A stretch of 29,995 nucleotides of DNA from a virus (taxonomy: Duplodnaviria; Heunggongvirae; Uroviricota; Caudoviricetes): the IMG/VR virus record IMGVR_UViG_3300031576_000015, positions 1-29,995 of that record; one strand, written 5' to 3'. The notes under the pieces were generated by a model. That model was not told where the DNA came from and did no database searches. It worked only from the letters and a program-made list of their open reading frames with translations. Position 1 is the first letter of the stretch. Every line of letters begins with the position of its first letter. Position numbers and translations under genes: made by a program. Below, piece after piece: positions 14,590 through 22,702 of the stretch.

Positions 14590-14617
14590 AGCCACTCGTG
14601 AGGGTGGCTTTTCTATT
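14590..14617 (+). terminator. Intrinsic terminator at the convergence of the replication and virion operons
   Basis: AGCCACTC-GTGA-GGGTGGCT stem (one G-U pair, GNRA loop) followed by TTTCTATT. Confidence 0.8.
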
Positions 14618-14939
14618 CCCCAAATAAGACTACGTTCAGCAACCTCATCAGGACCGCTTCCCGTAGTACACGCGATTTGAAGAACTCGGTTTCCATCTGA
14701 CGTACCGTCTTCTCGGCCAGGTCGTCGTCATGGGTGTGAATCAGCTCATGGATCGTGGTCACCACTAAGCTATCGGCCCGGGACCACTGCTTGGCTCCGA
14801 ACAGCCCGATGACTATGGTTCCATCCTCCCGACAGAAACCGTCCACAGCGCGCCCATCAACGATAGCCTTCTCCATAACCTCGATGGGAGTATCTGCGAG
14901 GAGCCGAATCAACCCCGGGACTGTGGGTTTCCTGGGCAT
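14613..14939 (-). CDS. Minimal HExxH zinc metallopeptidase (zincin-like)
   Basis: DGFC..DGTIVI beta strands, TTIHELIH and a downstream E (DLAEKTV). Confidence 0.75.
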   Translation of the reverse strand: MPRKPTVPGLIRLLADTPIEVMEKAIVDGRAVDGFCREDGTIVIGLFGAKQWSRADSLVVTTIHELIHTHDDDLAEKTVRQMETEFFKSRVLREAVLMRLLNVVLFGE

Positions 14940-14942
14940 GTC

Positions 14943-15806
14943 TTACTCTGTAAGGAAGGGCTGGTACTCTTTTGGTAGGGCCGCCTTTACCTGTGGACTC
15001 AGGAAGGGCAGCATCTTGATTAGCATTGCAATCCGATCGGCCTTGGGATCAGCTATCATCTGTGGTAGCAGGGAAGCCATGGAGACGGCCGGCATCTCTG
15101 TTTTGGGGAGTGGGAAGCTGGGTAGGCCTGGTGCCGGTGGGGCTTGCCCACCCGGGGCTGTCGTATTACCCCTGAGTTGGGGTGGCATGGTTGCCGGTGG
15201 CAAGTCTGCCGGTATGTTGGCCGGAGATCCCCATGGCGGCAGCCCGTATCGTTGCCGTGCTCCTCTGATTAGTTCTGCCTCTGTACGTGTTCTTCCAGTC
15301 AGCCCTTCGTTAGCCATACCTGCCATGCGCATTATGCCAGCAACATACTTTTGGGTCCCGGCGTACGGTGGGATGCCCTTGTACCGCTTCACAGTCGCAC
15401 CACCGGCGTTATATCCGGCTAGGGCCAATTCCCAGCTACCCAGGTTCTTGTATAGGGCGGCCATGTGTTGCGCGGCCCAATCTAGGGACTGCTCCGGGTT
15501 GGTCGGGTCCACTTCCCGGCGCCATAGGGGCATGATTTGAGCGATGCCCACTTCCCCATCCTTGCCACGGGCTGTCGGGTTGAAGCCGCTCTCCCACTGG
15601 ATCTGGGCGACAAACAGTTGCTCTGGTACGCCATAACGACGAGCGGCCTCACGGGCCTTTTGGGCGTAGTACGCTCGACCATCACGGCTGGGCGGAGCAC
15701 CAACATGCGTGGTCTGTGGGGCGTTTGGCACACGAGCCTGCGTCGATAGCTTGGGGCCCCCAAATGGGGCGGGGCTAGGGACCTGGGGTGGGGTGAGTGC
15801 GGCCAT
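14943..15806 (-). CDS. Lytic transglycosylase (SLT domain) with Pro-rich flanks, probably virion-associated
   Basis: AQIQWESGFNPTA, GIAQIMP, ALAGYNAGG and PPYAGTQKYV. Confidence 0.93.
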   Translation of the reverse strand: MAALTPPQVPSPAPFGGPKLSTQARVPNAPQTTHVGAPPSRDGRAYYAQKAREAARRYGVPEQLFVAQIQWESGFNPTARGKDGEVGIAQIMPLWRREVDPTNPEQSLDWAAQHMAALYKNLGSWELALAGYNAGGATVKRYKGIPPYAGTQKYVAGIMRMAGMANEGLTGRTRTEAELIRGARQRYGLPPWGSPANIPADLPPATMPPQLRGNTTAPGGQAPPAPGLPSFPLPKTEMPAVSMASLLPQMIADPKADRIAMLIKMLPFLSPQVKAALPKEYQPFLTE

Positions 15807-18800
15807 TAGTATAGTCTCGACTTTCTCCTCTTCTTTACTGGGAGCTCAAGACCCGGCTCAACCCGTTCCAACTCTGGGAAGACGCCCGGTCGTAGCTCGG
15901 TTGGTACCTGTCTAGCTGCTCTCTCAAGTAGGGTTCGTTCCCATTGCTCCTGCTCGCGAGCAAAGTCCTTGGCATCAAGTCCAAGCTCCGCTCCCTGGGC
16001 GGCGATGTCCATAGCCTTTTCGTAATCGCCCTTGTTCCAGGCTTGCAGGTAGTCCAACCGAAGTTTATTGGCCTTGCGTGTGTACCAGCTGATAACCTGG
16101 CCCCGTGGTCCGTAGCGTTCATATGTCTCCCCGGCCAATGACTCTTCCGGCAATCGGCCACCGATAGCCTTCAGGATGGTTTTGTAGCCCCTGAAGGGAT
16201 CCTCAGACAGGTCTATGGTCATAGCTCCTTCCTTAGTGGGGGAGCGAAGCTGGCCTGGCTCGACATAGCCACTTTCCTCTATGATGGGTAGGGGTATGGG
16301 TAGCTGTTCGCCACCAATCTGTAGCAGCTGTGGGGTCTTACCGGTGTGGCTCTTGACGGAGTAGTAAATGGACCACAGCTGCACTGGGGCCAGGGCCTTC
16401 CAGAGGGCATCGGCGTGGATTTCGTCTCGGTGGTAGAAGAAGTCTGATATGGCCACCCGCAGATCGTTGAATAGGCCGGCCCACACGCTGAAAGCACGGG
16501 CTGCCTTGCCGACTGCTACATCAGGCTGCAAAGCCACCATGGCAGCATTTTCGAAATCCACGGTTAGACCGATGCGCTGGGACAAATCTAGGCCGAGTAC
16601 CGAGCCGATACCACGTAATGGCACATCTCCAAAGCGGCCCAGCTCTGGCTTGAGGCGCTTGAGCTCGTCTAGGAACGAGAAACCCAGGCCGGTTTGTGGA
16701 TCCTTCTTCCAGTGCTCGAAGACGAACTTGTCCATCATTTCGACGGCCGGGATGCCGAGTAGGCCGGTGAAGGCGGTGCTGACAATCAGAAAGCGGGATA
16801 GCTCTTTCCAGTATGGATCGTACCTCTGTACAGCTGATCGTGGCTGTACCAGGTCTGTGATGAAGTTGACCTCGTGGAGGAAATACGGCTTAAACTGTAA
16901 CAAGAACCGGACGAATGGGTTGCGAAACATGGCGGGCAGGGCCTCTATACCATAACGGAACTGGGTGCGGTCAACAGCCCACTTCTTGGCGAACTCTATG
17001 GACTTTTCGTGGGACCACCCGCGATCCAGGCCCTTAGCATAGCCACCGAAGGCGGCTGTGGCTCGGTTGATCTTCTCTGCAGTGTTGAACATCGATAGAA
17101 TGAACATACTGACTTTGCGGCCCTTATAGTACCCGTCAATGGCCCACTTGGGTATATATAGATCGACATCCATGGCCTTGGCCAAAGTATCCAGACGCAC
17201 ACCCTTGTAGGTAGCATGTGGATTCATCATAGATTCCGTGGTTAGCTTTATGCCCGTGAAGGTATGGTTGCCTAGGACTGGGTAGGTGTTGATGGCAGTC
17301 TGAGTCAGATTGACCAGGGCGGACATGGGGTTGCCCAGCTTCCATAGACTCATCAAGCGGGAAGCCTGTTGCAATACCTTGCGCGTGTACCAGCCATGGG
17401 ACCCGCCATAGAAGTAGACCAGATTGTCGATGGACTGCTCAGTAGCAGATGGCCGGCTTGTATCGATAGCACCGGCCCACTCTTCCATATACTTATAGGC
17501 CTGGTAGAGACGGCGGTTGTGCTGTGGACCGGGTTTTAGCTCGGGCAGGGCCCGAACCTGGTCCAAAATGAGATTGGCATCCTTGCGGAAGGAGTTCCCT
17601 TCGATACCAACTGTGAGGGCACGAATGTAGGTATTCAGAGCGTCTACCGGATTCTTGACGTAGCTGCTCAGGAACAGCTTGCGGGGCTGCAATGGACCGA
17701 TGAATCTTTTCTTGGGTGCAATGCCCAGTTCCCCGGACTCTAGTAGAGCCTTCCATACTGTAGCTGAGGATAGGCGGAGCCCAGGGCCGGCAGTGAAACC
17801 CCAGGCCGCGTAGTGTGACTGGGCAGCGGCTGTGACTTCCTTGGATAATGCCTTGGATAGGTGACCCAGGGCCTTGGCCGATAGCCAGTGTTGTATCTCG
17901 CCCGGCAGGTTGGTACGTGGGAAGATGGTGATACCATCATCTGCTAGGATCTTTTGGACGGCCGCCGGTCCTTGGGTTCTGTAGATCTCCCGTAGGGACA
18001 CGGGGCCCCAGTTGGCATTATTCATGATATGCTGCAGGGCCTCCTGGAAGGTGTCGAAGAACTCCATAGAGGTTCGGTCCTGTGCGGTGGCTAGTCTGTG
18101 GTTATAAGCTGCCCACTCCCCACGGAAGTTGTGTGGGAAATAGTCCGGACGATAGTTGGGATTGACCTTGTTGAATGGCTGATGGAAGGTCTGATTGCTG
18201 ACCCAATTGGTCTTGCCCGGAACCGGGATCATACCTTCCAGCTCTACCATGCCATTGGATAGATAACGCTTGACTAGATACTTTTCGGTACGTCCGAAGA
18301 AGTCACGGGAAATGACTGAGTTCTGGGTGGCCTTGGTGCCGTTATATTCCGCTGCCCAATCCAATAGCCGACGTATATCGTTAGCTACTATCTGTAGGGT
18401 CGGCGGCAGCGTAGGAATGGCTAGACGTCCCTCGGAGGCAGCCACGATCTGTTGCTGCTGGGCATCCGGTAGATGGCCGATGAGTCGGTTCACCTGCTCG
18501 CGGAAATCGATGGAGTGCCGCATCTTCTCGTTGGTGAAGACAACTCCACGGTCCAACAAAGCAGGTAATAAGTCCTTAGCGAATTGGATGATATTCCCTG
18601 TTGTCAGGGTAATCGGCTTGGGAAGCTGGCCGGTTGTGGTTTCGGCCGGACCAACACGGGACCAATGTTCGGGTAGACGAGTCCACCAGGCTGTAACATC
18701 GCTGATCGCATCAGCCAAACTGATCCGTGGGCGTCCGATAGACTTCTCCACCAATTCGGCGGCAGGATCATCGGGGCCGCTGAAGCGTATGAAACCGCCC

Positions 18801-21800
18801 TGGTTTTTGAGTATATCCCGTATCCGCTGCGCCAACTCATCGAAGAACTGGGAACGCTCGGGATCGCGGACTGGGCCGAAGATCGGATCCTTCAGAGCCT
18901 CGGCTATTTCCACAGCCTCACCTGTGAGCTTGGCGGTCTCTCCGACTCCCTTATCGGCTATTGTCTCGTAGACGCCCCGGCGGAGTAGGGAGGCCTCTTT
19001 CTCAAGGACACGAACAGCATGGTCCATCATTCGTAGGGCAGTTTTGTTGTCTAGTTCGGATCGAACCGACGACATAGCGCCCATAAGCTGGTCCATTCGG
19101 TGGAGTAACCAGTCGCGCCGGTCGTCGCCAAATTTGGCAACGTTGGCCTTCTCGCGCTCAATGAAGTTGGTCAGCCCGCGCTCGAAGTATTGGGCGGACC
19201 CTGCGATCAGGCGTTCCACCTGTGGGGAGGCCGCCGCTTCCCGTAGTGCAGGACTAGTCAGGCTACCCCCGACAGCCCGGAGGTGTGCTTCCTGGCCAGG
19301 CACGGTATACCAGCGGTTGAACAGGCCCTGTATGTGCTTGAACAGGCCCTGTATGTGCTTGGCCAGACCGGCCTCAGTGGGCTCGATTGGGGAGAAGACG
19401 AAGTCAATGGCGGCTCGTGCCCTCTCGCTTTCGCGTTCTAGCATGACGACCACAGGATTTCTGGTCGGTGTAGTCTGGGACATGGCCTGCTTCAAGAATG
19501 CAATGGAGGCATTAATCTCCTCCTCCATCATTTGCAGACGTCCCTTATCTGGAGTTTTCTTGATGGCTGCACGAACTTGAGATAGGCGCCTCTGGGCATC
19601 TGCCAGAGCCTTAGCTATAACGTCAATTTTGATTTCTGGAGCTGTGTATTCCAGTAAGGGACCAATCTTCTCTAATCTGGCGGCTAGGGATGGGAAGATT
19701 TCCTGCAGGCTGCGCTTCTCGAAGTCGGCAGCCTTCATTTCCACAGCCTCGGTCAGGGCGGCTTCTAGCTGTGCCACGAGTGCTTGGTTGCCCTCCGCTC
19801 GGGCCTGGGTGAGTTGCTTGTTGAATTCCTTCAGAACCCGCTCGCGGACGAAGGCTCCCTTTTCAGCCTGGAATGGGGCACCAAGTAGGGTCTTGGCCTG
19901 CGCCTCGAATTCTGTGGGTGAGAGGGTCCGTAGTTGTTCCATCCTCTCTACGGTACCAACCACGGTTCGGCCGATGCGACGGGGCTCCCCAATGATCAGT
20001 CTGGTGTCCTGGGCTACCCGACGGATTTGGTGTAGCAGGTCAATGGGGTCACCGCCATATTCGGTACCGGCTCGCTGTGCCAGGATACCTAGTGCTCGTC
20101 GGCGGTAGCCGGTTACTCCAGCACCGCCTGGGTAGAAGTAGGCCAGCCCCTTCTCAGCAGCTGCGAAGATTTCCTCTAGCATCTGTCGCGCTTCGGCGGC
20201 CACTTCTGTCTCTCGAACGCGGGCCTTAGCCGGGTCCTTGAGGAGAGCGACTTCTTTCTTGTGTGGGTAGGTGTGTAGATTATCTATGGCATGTCGCTGT
20301 ACAGCCTGGATCATGGCTTCGCGATCAGGACGCAGAGCCTCCAGGGCAGACCGGTTATCATAGACAACCTCCCCCTCGCCAATCAGGGATGGTCGTGCAG
20401 TTCTATAACCCTCCGGGAATAGACGCTTTTCGAGACCGGCCCCCATGCGTTGGTTGAGGATGTAGTTGGGCTGACGACGGGCGATGTCCCATACCTCTCC
20501 ACGGGGTGGATCGTCGAAGCGATTCTCTGCGTTGCGTATAAAGCCTAGAATAGAGTTATGAAGTCGTTCGCGGGTGAGTGGGCCTTTTGGACCAGGCAGG
20601 CCAGACAGATTGATGTAGAAGGAAGACAGGCCACGTTGTGGGGAGTAATAGGGCACAGTGACCCGTACTGGCAATCGGCCACCCTGCTGGATGATCTTCT
20701 CCACAACTCGGTTGGCTACTGTACGGTAGAGTCTATCAATTTCCAGTAATGTCTTAGCCCCTTCCTTGTAGTACACCAGATCTACTATCTGGCTCTTCAT
20801 GCCGGCAGCAGCCTCTGGTGTTCGCTCGAGCAGCTTGGCCAGGGCATTGCTAAGCTCCTCCCCTATGATCTCGGGGTTGGCGGCGGCCCGCTCGGAAATG
20901 TCGTCCAGGGTGGCTAAGAATGCTTCGGCTTGTGGTTTGTTATACTGCTCGAACACCATCTTGCGGATTTCGCGTTGCTGGCCGGCCCTCAACACGAATG
21001 GGCCCTCTGGGGATGCGGATTGACGCAGGAAGCCGGCGCGGCCCAATAGATCATCAATGCGTCGAATACCTACTCCTTCGATCCCGGTTAGCGGGATGCG
21101 CTTGCGCCGTAGGACTTCTAGGAAACGAATGTAATCCGGGTAACGGGTATTCTGCCACAAATGGGCCATGTCCTCGAACTTCATTCGCCCACGCAGTTCC
21201 TTGGTGAGCTGGGCGGCAATGCCGTTGATGCCGGCCTCCTCGGCCATACGGTAGTCATCGAGCCCGATGCCACCTAGCAGGTTGTAGAAGTAGTTGGTCT
21301 CGTTTGCCAAGCGAGCCGCTGGTGCGTTAGGATCCAATCCGCGTAGTCGGGAGAAAATGTCTCGGCCTACATCGCCCGTGTGTGTCAGTAGCTTGGCGAC
21401 CTCGGCATCCCCAATAGTCTTGTCAGGAGAGACTAATTGGAATTGCTCAGGAACGGAAACGCGGATAGCTGGCAGGGTCACCTGTAGTGGGAAGTAGCCA
21501 CGTACCTCACCTGGCGTGAAGGTCTTCTCACGTACGAGACCTGTCTTGGTGCGACGGGAGCCAAAGTCCCATCTGATGCGACCAAACTCCGACCGCAGCT
21601 TGCTCTTGTTAAATTGGCCAGATGTGTCCACGATCTTGATGTATGATTGGCCACGCTCCGGACTGATCCAGTCGAACTCGATCTTGGGAGAGATGGCTGC
21701 CGGGCCCTGCTCCAGCTCGAGCTTGTTCTTCTGCTCGGACAGACTGCCCAGGATGCGCTGCTGCTTCTTGATGTAAGCCTGTAGCTTGGCACGCTCGTCC

Positions 21801-22699
21801 GCGTCCACCTTGGTCAGCACGCCTGGCTGCTTAACGCTGGTATATTGGCCGGCCTTAAGGGCCCGCTCGGCCCATGTGCGTAGGCCGACAGCCTTCTGGA
21901 TCTTGGCGTTGATGGCAGCCACAGCGGTGTTGTAGGCTTCTGTACCGCCGCCTACAGATGCGGTAGCCTGCTGTCTGGCTTGGGCGGCCTCGATTTCGGT
22001 TGATAGACGTGCAAACTGCTCCTTCAGCTCGGAATCGGCCATGGGTGGGGGCGATACCTTCTTGGGCGGAGCCACGCGTTCCTGTACCGTGGCAACTGCC
22101 TTCTCAAGAGCCATGGTCACTGGCTCTTTCTCGGCAGCAATGGCTGGGATGGCGGCCGCCTCAACCTCACGGGCAACGAGTCTGGTAGCTGTCTCCTTAT
22201 CGGGGTGGACAATGGCAACGTCACGTCCGCCCAGTACCTCCTCGACAACGCGCTTGGAGACTGGCCACTTCAGTCCACCTTGACCGGTGCCGATGCGGGG
22301 CAGCACAATTCTCTTGATGCTACCGGCGTCCATGCGATCACGAATGGCCAGCAATCCCTTCTTCATGAGATCCGGATCGGCTACTTCCTTTCCGACGGGC
22401 ACGGTTGGGAAGAGTACGATGCGTTCCTCGTTAGCAAAGGCTATTTCTGGGGCGCCTGGCTTAGTGTATCGCTCGTGCAAGGATGGCGCCCTCTCGATGG
22501 CCTGCTTATAAACACCAGTACCCACACGCCGGTCTTGGTGTGTGGGTACGCCGATCCAAGTGTCTGGTTCCTTCCAACGGGCCCAAAGATCCCCTACATA
22601 TTTTTGGAGGATCTCCGGTACTTCCCGTATCTTAAGGAGACGTGGGCGGATTTGGGCCAACTTTGCGAGCTGGCTGGATGGGATCTTGAAGCTAGGCAT
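15806..22699 (-). CDS. Giant internal virion / ejection protein (2297 aa) with N-terminal macrodomain
   Basis: Macrodomain: YVGDLW...LFPT...IVLPRIGTGQGGLKW.V...V. The C-terminal third (DYFPH, SALVNLTQ, AEKINR, AKKWAVDRTQFRYG, QFKPY) resembles large podoviral ejection / polyvalent proteins. Position fits. Confidence 0.8.
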   Translation of the reverse strand: MPSFKIPSSQLAKLAQIRPRLLKIREVPEILQKYVGDLWARWKEPDTWIGVPTHQDRRVGTGVYKQAIERAPSLHERYTKPGAPEIAFANEERIVLFPTVPVGKEVADPDLMKKGLLAIRDRMDAGSIKRIVLPRIGTGQGGLKWPVSKRVVEEVLGGRDVAIVHPDKETATRLVAREVEAAAIPAIAAEKEPVTMALEKAVATVQERVAPPKKVSPPPMADSELKEQFARLSTEIEAAQARQQATASVGGGTEAYNTAVAAINAKIQKAVGLRTWAERALKAGQYTSVKQPGVLTKVDADERAKLQAYIKKQQRILGSLSEQKNKLELEQGPAAISPKIEFDWISPERGQSYIKIVDTSGQFNKSKLRSEFGRIRWDFGSRRTKTGLVREKTFTPGEVRGYFPLQVTLPAIRVSVPEQFQLVSPDKTIGDAEVAKLLTHTGDVGRDIFSRLRGLDPNAPAARLANETNYFYNLLGGIGLDDYRMAEEAGINGIAAQLTKELRGRMKFEDMAHLWQNTRYPDYIRFLEVLRRKRIPLTGIEGVGIRRIDDLLGRAGFLRQSASPEGPFVLRAGQQREIRKMVFEQYNKPQAEAFLATLDDISERAAANPEIIGEELSNALAKLLERTPEAAAGMKSQIVDLVYYKEGAKTLLEIDRLYRTVANRVVEKIIQQGGRLPVRVTVPYYSPQRGLSSFYINLSGLPGPKGPLTRERLHNSILGFIRNAENRFDDPPRGEVWDIARRQPNYILNQRMGAGLEKRLFPEGYRTARPSLIGEGEVVYDNRSALEALRPDREAMIQAVQRHAIDNLHTYPHKKEVALLKDPAKARVRETEVAAEARQMLEEIFAAAEKGLAYFYPGGAGVTGYRRRALGILAQRAGTEYGGDPIDLLHQIRRVAQDTRLIIGEPRRIGRTVVGTVERMEQLRTLSPTEFEAQAKTLLGAPFQAEKGAFVRERVLKEFNKQLTQARAEGNQALVAQLEAALTEAVEMKAADFEKRSLQEIFPSLAARLEKIGPLLEYTAPEIKIDVIAKALADAQRRLSQVRAAIKKTPDKGRLQMMEEEINASIAFLKQAMSQTTPTRNPVVVMLERESERARAAIDFVFSPIEPTEAGLAKHIQGLFKHIQGLFNRWYTVPGQEAHLRAVGGSLTSPALREAAASPQVERLIAGSAQYFERGLTNFIEREKANVAKFGDDRRDWLLHRMDQLMGAMSSVRSELDNKTALRMMDHAVRVLEKEASLLRRGVYETIADKGVGETAKLTGEAVEIAEALKDPIFGPVRDPERSQFFDELAQRIRDILKNQGGFIRFSGPDDPAAELVEKSIGRPRISLADAISDVTAWWTRLPEHWSRVGPAETTTGQLPKPITLTTGNIIQFAKDLLPALLDRGVVFTNEKMRHSIDFREQVNRLIGHLPDAQQQQIVAASEGRLAIPTLPPTLQIVANDIRRLLDWAAEYNGTKATQNSVISRDFFGRTEKYLVKRYLSNGMVELEGMIPVPGKTNWVSNQTFHQPFNKVNPNYRPDYFPHNFRGEWAAYNHRLATAQDRTSMEFFDTFQEALQHIMNNANWGPVSLREIYRTQGPAAVQKILADDGITIFPRTNLPGEIQHWLSAKALGHLSKALSKEVTAAAQSHYAAWGFTAGPGLRLSSATVWKALLESGELGIAPKKRFIGPLQPRKLFLSSYVKNPVDALNTYIRALTVGIEGNSFRKDANLILDQVRALPELKPGPQHNRRLYQAYKYMEEWAGAIDTSRPSATEQSIDNLVYFYGGSHGWYTRKVLQQASRLMSLWKLGNPMSALVNLTQTAINTYPVLGNHTFTGIKLTTESMMNPHATYKGVRLDTLAKAMDVDLYIPKWAIDGYYKGRKVSMFILSMFNTAEKINRATAAFGGYAKGLDRGWSHEKSIEFAKKWAVDRTQFRYGIEALPAMFRNPFVRFLLQFKPYFLHEVNFITDLVQPRSAVQRYDPYWKELSRFLIVSTAFTGLLGIPAVEMMDKFVFEHWKKDPQTGLGFSFLDELKRLKPELGRFGDVPLRGIGSVLGLDLSQRIGLTVDFENAAMVALQPDVAVGKAARAFSVWAGLFNDLRVAISDFFYHRDEIHADALWKALAPVQLWSIYYSVKSHTGKTPQLLQIGGEQLPIPLPIIEESGYVEPGQLRSPTKEGAMTIDLSEDPFRGYKTILKAIGGRLPEESLAGETYERYGPRGQVISWYTRKANKLRLDYLQAWNKGDYEKAMDIAAQGAELGLDAKDFAREQEQWERTLLERAARQVPTELRPGVFPELERVEPGLELPVKKRRKSRLY
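19317..19361. repeat. Perfect 21-nt tandem duplication in the giant ORF
   Basis: TTGAACAGGCCCTGTATGTGC x2, giving KHIQGLF-KHIQGLF. Confidence 0.95.
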
Positions 22700-22702
22700 C
22701 GA

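Noticed and set aside
14494-14617. tRNA or CRISPR-like array in the hairpin region
   Set aside because: No cloverleaf or T-loop consensus and no repeat-spacer periodicity; none was seen elsewhere in the window either.
15806-22699. Giant protein as a virion RNA polymerase (DFFGR at 18290-18304 resembles DxxGR)
   Set aside because: I found no Rx3Kx7YG, HD(S) or DxDGD motifs; the isolated match is insufficient.
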